Origin: Octopus bimaculoides
Taxonomy: Eukaryota
Direction: 5' to 3'
NCBI RefSeq assembly: GCF_001194135.2
Contig: NC_068993.1
Coordinates: forward strand, 10,843,026 to 10,888,976
DNA: 45,951 bases
Part shown: positions 11,015 through 24,041 of the stretch, one piece after another
Layout: each line of letters starts with the position of its first letter
Numbering within the stretch: the stretch's first letter is position 1
Made by a program: the position numbers and the translations under genes
The notes under the pieces: generated by a model
What the model saw: only the letters and a program-made list of their open reading frames with translations
Databases searched by the model: none
Told to the model about the DNA's origin: nothing

Positions 11015-11246
11015 TTTTTAATAATCACTACAAGTGTTTCGATACATATGGATCCACATATATACAGGATTTAAAGTTAAATTTAAATTCAAATTAAATT
11101 ATGTAACGATTCACCTGTACAAGAAGATCCATATGTATCTTCTCAGGCGATATTTAATTGCTGTCCCCGTAAGTAAATCTAGATATCCATGCTACACCAT
11201 TCATGGTTCCTTTATGTATCGAAACATTTGTAGTGATTATTAAAAA
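11015..11246. mobile_element. 232-bp MITE/fold-back-like element with 34-bp terminal inverted repeats
   Basis: tttttaataatcactacaagtgtttcgatacata (11015-11048) and tatgtatcgaaacatttgtagtgattattaaaaa (11213-11246) match 33/34 as inverted repeats. No clear TSD. Confidence 0.75.
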
Positions 11247-11256
11247 GCTGATCTTA

Positions 11257-11372
11257 ATCTTCCTAGGCTCGAAACGTTAAAGACTTTTTCACTTCCCGAG
11301 CGTTAAACTAATACATCTGTTTGTTGTCTACACCACCTGTCTTCGTCTTTTGTTTCTTTGAGAATTCTCCCA
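11257..11372 (+). mobile_element. Penelope-type repeat fragment (3' half of a hammerhead-like motif plus downstream pLTR-like sequence)
   Basis: taggctcGAAACGTTaaagactttttcacttcccgagcgttaaactaatacatctgtttgttgtctacaccacctgtcttcg. The GAAACGTT motif is shared with 25876-25883 (minus). I recall this as an abundant Octopus repeat. Confidence 0.55.
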
Positions 11373-11473
11373 ATATATATACATATATATATATATATGT
11401 ATTTATGTATGTATATATATGTATGTATTTATATATGTATACACCCCCCCCCCCCACACACACACATGTATAT

Positions 11474-11708
11474 ATCGACTCCAGTGCTCAATTGGAACTT
11501 ATTTTATCAACAGGGTTTCGACTCAGACCGTAAAGAGCTGGAATAAATATCGCAAGGCTGTTTTTCCGACGCTCAAATGATCCTGCCATCGAGGCCACCA
11601 TTTTGGAGAGAATGGGGGAAAGAAAAAAAAGAACTATCATATCGATCTCCAGCATTTGATTGATATTCTATTTTATCAATACCGGAAATCGGAAAGATGA
11701 AGGGCAAT

Positions 11709-11710
<2 letters not shown>
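11474..11710 (-). mobile_element. Two family B SINE fragments
   Basis: atcgactccagtgctcaattggaacttattttatc and atcgatctccagcatttgattgatattctattttatc...gaaagatgaagggcaa. Confidence 0.7.
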
Positions 11711-11766
<56 letters not shown>

Positions 11767-11820
11767 CACTACTGCTGCTGCTGCTGCTGCTGCTGCTACT
11801 ACTACTACCACTAGCACCAG

Positions 11821-11873
<53 letters not shown>

Positions 11874-12165
11874 GTGTGGTGGTGGTAGTAGTAGTAGTAG
11901 TCGTAGTACTGGTGATGATGGTATTAGTAGAAGTATTGGTAGCTGTACCAGCAAAAGTTGTAGTAGCGGTAGTGGTGATGTGGTAGGTGTGGTAGGTAGT
12001 AGTCTTGATGACGGTAATGGTGGTAGCAATATGTAGTAATAGTAGTAGTAGTAGTAGCAGCGGTAGTGGTGGCGACGGCGGCGGCAGTGGTGGTGGTCGT
12101 GGTAGCAGTAGTAATAGTAGTAGTAGTTGTAGTAGTAGTGGTAGTAGTTGTAGCGGCAATAAAAA
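11708..12165. repeat. Compound trinucleotide tract: (CTA/CTG)n followed by inverted (GTA/GTG/GCG)n
   Basis: The strand polarity of the repeat flips at about 11872-11880. Confidence 0.95.
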
Positions 12166-12302
12166 CAGCCGCAGCAATAAACATCAGGATATGGAATCCA
12201 ACGAAAGCAAGATGTCACAGAACACTTGAATTCCATGATATAGAAGATATTGGTAAGGTTTCTTGAAAATATCTTTTAACAGCGAGTTTTGAGAAGGAGA
12301 AC

Positions 12303-12336
<34 letters not shown>

Positions 12337-12358
12337 TAGAGAGAGAGAGAGAGGGAGA

Positions 12359-12413
<55 letters not shown>

Positions 12414-12640
12414 CGAAATGTAGTGTTGTATGTATGAGAAAATAAATGAGAGAAATGGAGATAAAAGAAGAAAGTGTGTGTGAGAGAGAGAGAAAGAGAG
12501 AGAAAGATGAGAAAAGAGAAGTAAAGAAAGAAGGAAACTCTGTGAGAGAGAAAGGAAAAAGAACAGAAAAAAACAAAAACAAAACGAAACAAGATAAAAA
12601 CAAAACAAAAACAAAAACAAATGGAGAAGGAATGGCTTAA

Positions 12641-13662
<1,022 letters not shown>

Positions 13663-13794
13663 ATCTGTGTGTGTGTGTGTGTGCGTATACGTTTGTATGT
13701 TTCAATGTATATATGTACGTATGGAAGTATGTTAACATGTGTCTATGAATTTATGCTTGTATGTAAGTATATATGTATATATGTATGTGTGTAT

Positions 13795-13900
13795 GTCATT
13801 ATTTTGTTTTATTTCAAGATTTCTTGCCAATAGAGAAAGAGCCGGTTTCTAACCTAGATCCAAGGCTCCTTCTTTGGAATTTCAACAATATCAATAAGGC
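13795..13900 (+). mobile_element. Probable interspersed repeat fragment of unknown class
   Basis: ttttatttcaagatttcttgccaatagagaaagagccggtttctaacctagatccaaggctcctt is recalled as a common Octopus repeat. No second copy in the window. Confidence 0.35.
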
Positions 13901-14037
13901 AGATTTTCACAGCTATACGCAATTTCTATTCTCTGTCCCTAATTACCATGTCGGATCTATTGTGCTTACATTTTATTGAGGTTTTCACTGGGACAATCCA
14001 CCAGTATTCCTTTTTATTATGAGTGACTATGGCTTCT

Positions 14038-14071
<34 letters not shown>

Positions 14072-14949
14072 TGTATGTATGTATACGGGAACATGTGTAT
14101 ATTGCACGTTATATATATGTAGGTATATATGTATAAGCGTCTGCATAAATAATATGTATGAATATATCGACAGCTATACGTATATAGCTATGCATGACCA
14201 GCACTTTAGATACGCTTTTTCACGTGAACACACGCACGTTCAAACTCACACACAGATGCACACAATACACACACACACCACACACACACACCACACACAC
14301 ACACTGATGAACACATTCGCACTTATTCCACTCTCATGGCTTTTGAACGAAATGGGAAGGGAGCACACAAACCACTGTGCAGACTGTATCATTTATTTAT
14401 TTATTTATATTAAATGTTCATTTTCGTGCGACTGGAGTTTTACGCCTTTGCAATCATGCCCGAAGATCTCAGAAGCCTGAAACACGCGTGGCGAGGAAAT
14501 GAAGTCGTGCGNNNNNNNNNNNNNNNNNNNNNNNNNNNNNNNNNNNNNNNNNNNNNNNNNNNNNNNNNNNNNNNNNNNNNNNNNNNNNNNNNNNNNNNNN
14601 NNNNNNNNNNNNNNNNNNNNNNNNNNNNNNNNNNNNNNNNNNNNNNNNNNNNNNNNNNNNNNNNNNNNNNNNNNNNNNNNNNNNNNNNNNNNNNNNNNNN
14701 NNNNNNNNNNNNNNNNNNNNNNNNNNNNNNNNNNNNNNNNNNNNNNNNNNNNNNNNNNNNNNNNNNNNNNNNNNNNNNNNNNNNNNNNNNNNNNNNNNNN
14801 NNNNNNNNNNNNNNNNNNNNNNNNNNNNNNNNNNNNNNNNNNNNNNNNNNNNNNNNNNNNNNNNNNNNNNNNNNNNNNNNNNNNNNNNNNNNNNNNNNNN
14901 NNNNNNNNNNNNNNNNNNNNNNNNNNNNNNNNNNNNNNNNNNNNNNNNN

Positions 14950-14990
<41 letters not shown>

Positions 14991-14995
<5 letters not shown>

Positions 14996-15180
14996 AGTCG
15001 ACTACAATGACTAATGTTCTTGTTGATTCGACCCAGGGAACATACTGCTGGTGAAATTAACCTGCAACTGGATGAGCACTTCACAGACACACGTAACATT
15101 AACCTAGTTTTCAGGGAGATTCGGTGAGATACGAAATGTGATAAAGCTGGTCTCTTTGAAATACACGTGCTATTTTCCTG
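14991..15180 (-). mobile_element. Family C SINE 3' body, old diverged copy
   Basis: Aligns with 36661-36830 (gtgaaattaac.tgcaa.tgg.tgagc.ct.cacagacac...ttaac.tagtt.tc.gg.a...ctttgaa.tac). Confidence 0.8.
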
Positions 15181-15282
15181 AAAATAGTAGCCAACATGTA
15201 CCCCTACCGTACGAGCGCAAGCGGCCAAAGGCACACAAACTAACGATTGCACACCTTGTTTTGAATATGATATAATTGACAG

Positions 15283-15384
15283 GGATGTATAAAATTAACC
15301 CTACATGGATATTCCAGTACTTGGTATCAAAATGTATTGCAGAACCTACTTTAAAAGTTGCTAAGCTGATCGACAGCGAAACCG
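15283..15384 (+). CDS. Candidate coding exon (102 nt, phase 1-1)
   Basis: attgacag|GG ATG...ACC G|gtaagt; one open frame (G)MYKINPTWIFQYLVSKCIAEPTLKVAKLIDSETG. No recognisable homology. Confidence 0.25.
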
Positions 15385-15558
15385 GTAAGTAAAATGTGAG
15401 TTTCCTTGTTCTAGAAAACCTCTTTAATTTGCCAAAACCTCTATTTGGTGCACTAAAGTTTTATGGAGTAAAATTTTTTGTACGAAACTTGATTCTGATA
15501 CAAAATCTTTTAAGTAACATGATTTTGTTATTTGCTTTTGTGTGTATAAAACTCACTT

Positions 15559-15592
<34 letters not shown>

Positions 15593-15822
15593 TGTGTGTG
15601 TGTGCGTGTGTATACATACATATATATATATATACATACACATTCATACATACATATATGTATACATATACACACGCACACGCATATATATACATATATA
15701 TGTACTGCATAATAGGAATATTCACTTCGTATTGTAAAAAAATAAACTTGTTTTCATACACACACGCACATACACATGCACACACACACACATACATATA
15801 CATACATGCATGCATACATACA

Positions 15823-15905
<83 letters not shown>

Positions 15906-16453
15906 ATATATNNNNNNNNNNNNNNNNNNNNNNNNNNNNNNNNNNNNNNNNNNNNNNNNNNNNNNNNNNNNNNNNNNNNNNNNNNNNNNNNNNNNNNATA
16001 TATATTCTTTTTTCGAGCATCAACACATGCACATACACACTCACACACAAACGTACACACATTCACACACGCGTGTACATGTATAAACCTATAGCCTCCC
16101 TATATAGTTAAACTTTTTAAATTATGGTGAAGCCGCTCCAAGGGGACATGGAATTTTGCCAAGTGTACTGAATGAAAAATTTTCTCTTAATATATAATTT
16201 TCAAATAGAAAAACTTCCGAAAGTATAGACAGTCATCCACCCAATGCTCGTTTTTAGATATGTTATATATTTGTATTTCGTTTGTTTACTCAGTACAAAT
16301 AGAAAAAATAATATATATATGATACATATAAGAAAAAACTGAATTAAATACACAGATACATGCACTTACTAAATGAAAGAAGAGAGAAAACATTTATCTA
16401 TATAGCACAAAAAAAAAACATTAACGCAAACAGCAAGAATGTCTCTTCTGTAG

Positions 16454-16570
16454 GTGTTTCTCTCTCTAAAGATGTGTTAGTCATTGTTTACCCGCAAGAG
16501 AGAAACAGCATGGTAGCCGCGTGTTACCTGAGCATGTACCTCTTTTCTTGAGGAATTAATCTTAGAATAG
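16454..16570 (+). CDS. Candidate exon containing a stop codon
   Basis: tgtctcttctgtag|GT GTT...TCT TGA(16551)...gaatag|gtaagg; the phase-1 frame reads (G)VSLSKDVLVIVYPQERNSMVAACYLSMYLFS*. Confidence 0.22.
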
Positions 16571-16699
16571 GTAAGGAGGAACGTGACCTGTTTCTGCTTT
16601 ACAAATGAGCTCGGTTAGAGTTGGTTACAGGTTAGAGTAAGTAAATCTCTTAGACATTACCGTATAGCGCCCTAAGACCCATAATCCGATTATCTAATT

Positions 16700-16911
16700 T
16701 TCATGGTGTATAACTGGCCGAGATCATAACATTTCCACTAAACGGGATACCAGTCCGTTGCAGGGTTATCGATTTACAGCTGAGAGAAGTGAAGCAACGT
16801 CAAACGAAGTGTTTTGTTCAAGAACACGTTTCAAGGCCTGGTTCAGGAATCGAAACCACGATATTGCGATCGTGAGTGCATCACCCTAACCACTAAGCCA
16901 CGCGCCTTCAC
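16700..16911 (-). mobile_element. tRNA-derived SINE 5' portion (family D) with CORE-like and V-domain-like segments
   Basis: Minus strand: A box tggcttagtgg, B box ggtttcgattcc, then tgttcttgaacaaaacactt (CORE-like) and taaccctgcaacggactggtatcccg (resembles the V-domain, from recall). Confidence 0.8.
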
Positions 16912-17450
16912 TATAGGTTAGAGGAAAAATCTAGAAAAGGTTAAGAGAAACGAAGGGAGTCATGTAAAAGAGGGAAAGATAACCATAGCCATACCCTGGT
17001 TGTTTTGCAATGCACAGTGAGATTAACGATGACTTACCGATGTGTTGACATTAAAATTTGGCGCATGGAAAGCCGACTCATATGCAAATCTAACAAGTGA
17101 AGGACCGACTTCATTTACAATATTTTCCGCCGAGACTTACTTATTCCTTCGTCCCATACACCGGAGCATCAGCTTAGGAGCAGGTGTGCTCGCGCGTGCG
17201 TATGTGTCTGTGTGTGTCAGTGATGCATCATCTCAGCCTCTTTTCTTGCTTCGTCCTTCCCATATACCTTCGTGCCCACTCCCATATGCCTTCCTCTGAT
17301 TAACAGAAAAAATATTATCCATACATTATTTAGAACTTCCTTCATCTGTAATTTTAGGGCAACAAGAAATCCTCCACATGAACGACTATATCAATAAAAA
17401 AGCAGAAACACGATAACAACACCAAAAACACCAAAAGATGAATAGGCATA

Positions 17451-17797
17451 GGAGTGGCTGTGTGGTAAGTAGCTTGCTTACCAACCACATGTTTCCAGGT
17501 TCAGTCCCACTTGGGAAGGTGCCTTCTACTATAGCCTCAAGCCGACCAAAGCATTGTGAGTGGATTTGGTAGACGGAAACTGAAAGAAGCCTGTCGTATA
17601 TATATACATATACGTATACAGACACACACACATATATATGTGTGTGTGTGTGTGTTTGTGTGTCTGTATTTGTCCCCCCACCATCACTTGACAACCGACG
17701 TTGGTGTGTTTATGTCCCCGTAACTTAGCAGTTCGGCAAAAGAGACCGATAGTATAAGTACTAGGCTTACAAAAAATAAGTACTGGGGTCGATTTCC
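17451..17797 (+). mobile_element. Family A tRNA/CORE-type SINE, near full length, internal (TA)/(TG) tract
   Basis: tggctgtgtggtaagtagcttgc...ggttcagtcccac...ggatttggtagacggaaactgaaagaagcc...cacttgacaaccga.gttggtgtgttta.gtccccgtaacttagc; high identity to 44155-44556. Confidence 0.95.
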
Positions 17798-18438
17798 ACA
17801 ACAACGGCAGCAGTGACACATCAACAACAATTACATAATATTGCCTGATCCTTTTTACCTTAGTCCAGTTCTTGTACAACCAAGCCGGAGCGTTTTATTT
17901 TTGCGCTTAATGCAGAATGGAATGTGTTGCGTTGGTGAGCCAGCTCGACTGTTGGCAACAGAGAAGGAACTAAAATGAACAGACAGCACCTGTAGTTTTT
18001 GTTGAGAAGACTGGGAGAGCTCGGAGCAAGAGGCTGACAGGATAAACAAATAGACCGCCATAGATAAATGAACAGACAAGCAGAACGTGGAGAGATATAG
18101 AAAAATGGCGTTTCTTCGTTTTAGAAAATAACTTATTACNNNNNNNNNNNNNNNNNNNNNNNNNNNNNNNNNNNNNNNNNNNNNNNNNAAAAAAAAAAAA
18201 TCAACAAAAAAAAAACGGACTATTTATTTGTAAATTTTCTGAAGAGAAATTTATGAAGGTGGAGGTTCATATTTTTGTTTATTTTCACTAATAAGTTCTT
18301 TTAAAATAAGAAATGTCTTATTTCTGACAATGGTGGCTTAATTAATATATTTTTTTTAAAGAATGTAATTAGCAATGGTGTAGAAAAATGAAAACAGTTC
18401 TGCATGAGGAAGAGGGAGAGAGAAAGAGAGTCCGTGAG

Positions 18439-18509
<71 letters not shown>

Positions 18510-18827
18510 TATAGATAGAAATAGAGATAAGTAGATAAAGAGACAGAGAGAGATGGATGGATAAATGGATAGATAGAAAGAGAGAGAATAAGACTGAAGC
18601 GATTATTGTGTGAGAGATAGCCAGAGTCAACGATCATCATGGTATAACAATTATTATTATAACTATTAGCAACACCAGCAATCGTATTAGCAACAACAGC
18701 AATCGTAGTTTTAGCATTAATCGTATAAGTTGTGCTAGTAAAAAAAAAGAAAATGGTTTTATTTGATTACGCTATTTTGTCTTTGAAATATTCCCTTATA
18801 CACCGCCCTTGTGGCAAATAACGAAAT

Positions 18828-18853
18828 TATTATTATTATTATTATTATTATTA

Positions 18854-18915
<62 letters not shown>

Positions 18916-19141
18916 GTTGTTGTTGTTGTTGTTATTATTGCTAATATTTATTTATTTGTTTGTTCCTTTATTTTTGTCTTTCTAGTATAGATTCTTGAAC
19001 CAAATCGCATCAACTTGCCAAATCTGAAGAGGCCATTGGAACTGAACGTGCAAATTTATTGACAAGACGGATAAAGAATTTCCTGACTGTATTTCCAAAG
19101 ACGTTTTTCATGTTTATTCATTTCGTTAGTGTAAGGGCGTT

Positions 19142-19229
<88 letters not shown>
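18828..19229. repeat. (ATT)n/(GTT)n tracts flanking a short unique island
   Basis: Repeats at about 18828-18935 and 19144-19229. Confidence 0.95.
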
Positions 19230-20096
19230 NNNNNNNNNNNNNNNNNNNNNNNNNNNNNNNNNNNNNNNNNNNNNNNNNNNNNNNNNNNNNNNNNNNNNNN
19301 NNNNNNNNNNNNNNNNNNNNNNNNNNNNNNNNNNNNNNNNNNNNNNNNNNNNNNNNNNNNNNNNNNNNNNNNNNNNNNNNNNNNNNNNNNNNNNNNNNNN
19401 NNNNNNNNNNNNNNNNNNNNNNNNNNNNNNNNNNNNNNNNNNNNNNNNNNNNNNNNNNNNNNNNNNNNNNNNNNNNNNNNNNNNNNNNNNNNNNNNNNNN
19501 NNNNNNNNNNNNNNNNNNNNNNNNNNNNNNNNNNNNNNNNNNNNNNNNNNNNNNNNNNNNNNNNNNNNNNNNNNNNNNNNNNNNNNNNNNNNNNNNNNNN
19601 NNNNNNNNNNNNNNNNNNNNNNNNNNNNNNNNNNNNNNNNNNNNNNNNNNNNNNNNNNNNNNNNNNNNNNNNNNNNNNNNNNNNNNNNNNNNNNNNNNNN
19701 NNNNNNNNNNNNNNNNNNNNNNNNNNNNNNNNNNNNNNNNNNNNNNNNNNNNNNNNNNNNNNNNNNNNNNNNNNNNNNNNNNNNNNNNNNNNNNNNNNNN
19801 NNNNNNNNNNNNNNNNNNNNNNNNNNNNNNNNNNNNNNNNNNNNNNNNNNNNNNNNNNNNNNNNNNNNNNNNNNNNNNNNNNNNNNNNNNNNNNNNNNNN
19901 NNNNNNNNNNNNNNNNNNNNNNNNNNNNNNNNNNNNNNNNNNNNNNNNNNNNNNNNNNNNNNNNNNNNNNNNNNNNNNNNNNNNNNNNNNNNNNNNNNNN
20001 NNNNNNNNNNNNNNNNNNNNNNNNNNNNNNNNNNNNNNNNNNNNNNNNNNNNNNNNNNNNNNNNNNNACACACAAACACGCACATGCACACACACA

Positions 20097-20128
<32 letters not shown>

Positions 20129-20271
20129 TATAGATATTTGAATAAATCTGGCTATCTATCTGTCTATCTATATATTTATATATACATATACATGTATGCA
20201 CATACCTTTTTTATCTATGTTTATATAAATTTTTACACGTTATCATTATTATCATTTTATTATTATTATCA

Positions 20272-20320
<49 letters not shown>

Positions 20321-20501
20321 CATTATTATTATTATCATAATGTATTACAATAAAACGTAGTACTGTAATAGAAGATTTCTATATGATGGCGGAGCAAGTA
20401 GTACTTAAGCTTAAATCCTTGATCAACGTAGAAGCTTCACCTACTTGAAAATATCAATGTCAATACATACATTCATACATACATACACGCATACATAAAT
20501 C

Positions 20502-20539
<38 letters not shown>

Positions 20540-20924
20540 CGCGCGTGTGTGTGGTGTGTGTGTGTGTTTATGTATTTAAAAAATAGTAGAAAATGACGAG
20601 AGAAACGCGTCAAGTATCAGAGTTAATAAACAGTAAAAAAAAAAAAAAAAAAAATTTAAAATGAAAGCAAAAAAAACAACATTTTTCATAGAATTCGTTT
20701 GGATCATTGAAAATTTGCTGAAAATAACAAGAGCAAAAAAAAAAAAATAATAAAAAATGATAAAAAGGAACCCGTAAAAGAAAAAAAACCCATCAGAATA
20801 AGAAATGGAGAAAATGGTATCAAAAGCTAAAGAACTTTTTCAGGTTTTGCTGAGAATTTTATGTTAAAGTAAGTCGGTCATACAAATATCCTTGCAGATA
20901 TCAAAAATAACAAAGGACCTTCTT

Positions 20925-21005
20925 TGTGGTCACTCAACCAGCTAGAAATAGCAGTGAAGTGAGTCTCATTAAAACCACACCATAACCTTGTTTTAAAATA
21001 AAAAG
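20925..21005 (+). mobile_element. Probable SINE body fragment
   Basis: tgtggtcactcaaccagctagaaatagcag...aaaccacacc is recalled as part of a common Octopus SINE. Not verifiable within the window. Confidence 0.4.
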
Positions 21006-21084
21006 GCATTTGGTATTTTTAAGACCGTTGGGTGTGATTGTATAAGATGGTACAGAGAACATTATTTGTATGAAGTAATACGCT

Positions 21085-21245
21085 GTACAGCAGGCATTCT
21101 TTTATTGGTTTCAATCATTGGACTACGGCCATGTTAGCGCACTGTCTCGAAGGGTTTAGTCGAACAAACCAATCTAAGTGCTTACTTTCTTTTGACATAG
21201 ACTTATACTTATTCTATCATTGTTTTCGAACTGCTAATGTTAGGA
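21085..21245 (-). mobile_element. Family A SINE 3' part, diverged
   Basis: tttcaatcattggactacggccatgttagcgcac...tacttattctatc...gaactgctaatgtta aligns to 35990-36130. Confidence 0.8.
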
Positions 21246-21900
21246 TTGCCCAGCGGTAGGTAGGACAAACACAAGGATGCATGCAAATAAAAATACATAC
21301 ATACCTATATATGCATACACGCACGCACGCACATACACACACACACACACGCACACACACACACACACNNNNNNNNNNNNNNNNNNNNNNNNNNNNNNNN
21401 NNNNNNNNNNNNNNNNNNNNNNNNNNNNNNNNNNNNNNNNNNNNNNNNNNNNNNNNNNNNNNNNNNNNNNNNNNNNNNNNNNNNNNNNNNNNNNNNNNNN
21501 NNNNNNNNNNNNNNNNNNNNNNNNNNNNNNNNNNNNNNNNNNNNNNNNNNNNNNNNNNNNNNNNNNNNNNNNNNNNNNNNNNNNNNNNNNNNNNNNNNNN
21601 NNNNNNNNNNNNNNNNNNNNNNNNNNNNNNNNNNNNNNNNNNNNNNNNNNNNNNNNNNNNNNNNNNNNNNNNNNNNNNNNNNNNNNNNNNNNNNNNNNNN
21701 NNNNNNNNNNNNNNNNNNNNNNNNNNNNNNNNNNNNNNNNNNNNNNNNNNNNNNNNNNNNNNNNNNNNNNNNNNNNNNNNNNNNNNNNNNNNNNNNNNNN
21801 NNNNNNNNNNNNNNNNNNNNNNNNNNNNNNNNNNNNNNNNNNNNNNNNNNNNNNNNNNNNNNNNNNNNNNNNNNNNNNNNNNNNNNNNNNNNNNNNNATA

Positions 21901-21933
<33 letters not shown>

Positions 21934-21949
21934 GTGTGTATGTATGTGT

Positions 21950-22065
21950 CATTGTGTCTGTGTTTGTCCTCCACTACCCTTGACAACCGATGTTGGTGTG
22001 TTTACGTCCCCGTAAGCTAGCGGTTCGTCAAAAGTAGATAAAATGGGTAGCAGGCTTGAAAAACT
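21950..22065 (+). mobile_element. Family A SINE 3' part
   Basis: tgtgtttgtcc...cttgacaaccgatgttggtgtgtttacgtccccgtaagctagcggttcg. Confidence 0.9.
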
Positions 22066-22812
22066 GAAGCAAGTAAAAGATAAACGATATAAACAAAAGA
22101 GAAAAAAAACCCTACAAAAAGCCTTCAAACAGATGGGATGGTCATTGCCCTAGGATTCTCTGGCGTCGAAGAAGGATCGGACGGCTGCGGTTGGGAGACT
22201 TTTCTAACAATGTTAATATGCGAAAGATCGTCGTCAGAACGTTGTGAGAGTCTAGCGTTAGGTTTACGAGATGGTATAAATAGCAATAGTAAAACCGGAA
22301 GCAATAATGGTTATAGCTTTCTTTTATCAAGAATTACTCAACAACCGTCTCACACTACATTACTACTTATTATGCATTATACGCTATTTCTTGTTAAATA
22401 TCGCAGCTTCGATTGTCATTAAGAAGTCACAAACCGATCGTTTAGCAAAGCTCGGATACTTGTGCAAGAAGGCAGTCTTAGGACAGTGATCATTTTACGA
22501 TGCACTTAGAAGAAGAACATGGAATCACCCTAATATAAATGTCTCGAAGAAACAAACGTATAATTAGTGCAGAATGAAATAAAATGAAATGAAAAAAAGA
22601 GAGTGACATTTAAATAGTTGAACAAAATGGCGGATAGGAATAAAATAAAACGATTGCAATTAATATGAAATTATATATCTGTAAAAACATCTTCTCAGCA
22701 ATAGCTTCCCTTAATTAAAAGTTACTGTCCTGTCTATCTATCTGGCTGGCTATCTATTTGTCTATGTCCGCCTGTTTGCCTATCTTTCTGTTTCTCTCTC
22801 TCTATATACATA

Positions 22813-22851
<39 letters not shown>

Positions 22852-23049
22852 NNNNNNNNNNNNNNNNNNNNNNNNNNNNNNNNNNNNNNNNNNNNNNNNN
22901 NNNNNNNNNNNNNNNNNNNNNNNNNNNNNNNNNNNNNNNNNNNNNNNNNNNNNNNNNNNNNNNNNNNNNNNNNNNNNNNNNNNNNNNNTGCATATATATA
23001 TGTATGCATATATATATACAAACTTGACAAGGTTTTCCACGGTAAGGTT

Positions 23050-23809
23050 TCTTCTTCTTCTTCTTCTTCTTCTTCTTCTTCTTCTTCTTCTTCTTCTTCT
23101 TCTTCTTCTTCTTCTTCTTCTTCTAGTAGTAGTAGTAGTGGTAGTGGTAGTTGTGGTAATAGTGGCGGTGATGATGGTGGTGGTAGTTGTAGTGGTAATG
23201 GTAATGACTATAATGGTAGCGGTTGCGGTAGTGATAGTGATGGTGATGCTGTTGTTAGTGGTGGTTGTAATAGCAGGGGGGCGTAGAAGTACTGATGGTG
23301 GGGTGATATTTGTGGTGATGGTTGTGGTGGTGGTTGTGGTGGTAGTAGTTGTGGTGGTAGTGGTTCTGGCTACTATGGTAGTTGTGGTGGTGGTGGTAGT
23401 TGCGGTGTCGGAAGTGGTGGTCATGACAGAGGATATAGACGAAGTAATAACGGTGGTGGTGATGATGGTGGAGGTGGCGGTAACTCTTTTACTTCCCTTA
23501 TGAAGTTAACATCTTTGAGGGAATCTCCCCAACCCCACCCAATACACACAACATGATTTCTTCTCCGCTCTAAATCTGAAACACTCTTCCCAACAAATAT
23601 AACAATATTCAACAGATCAACTCTTGTCAACAGATCGACATTTTTTGAAGAAATCAGATGGGCTCGAACGAGGAATTTATGAACCGAACTGCTCACTGGT
23701 GTCAAAAGAAGATTTAGTTTGTTTATTTTTTCCCATATTTTTTCTTCTAAATAGAACCAATAATTATAATGATAATATAATAATAATGATAATAACGATA
23801 ATGATGATG

Positions 23810-23884
<75 letters not shown>

Positions 23885-23979
23885 GCTATGATAGTAATAA
23901 TAATAATGATTTCTTTTATATAATAATAATAATAGTAATAATGATAATAATAATATTAATAACGATGATCATAATAGTA

Positions 23980-24041
<62 letters not shown>

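Noticed and set aside
12188-12252. WD40-like exon IWNPTKARCHRTLEFHDIEDIG with a gtaagg donor
   Set aside because: The acceptor has no pyrimidine tract and abuts a microsatellite, and the resemblance rests on a few residues.
23421-23705. 94-aa minus-strand ORF
   Set aside because: No recognisable motif, a GTG start, and its 3' third is microsatellite-derived.
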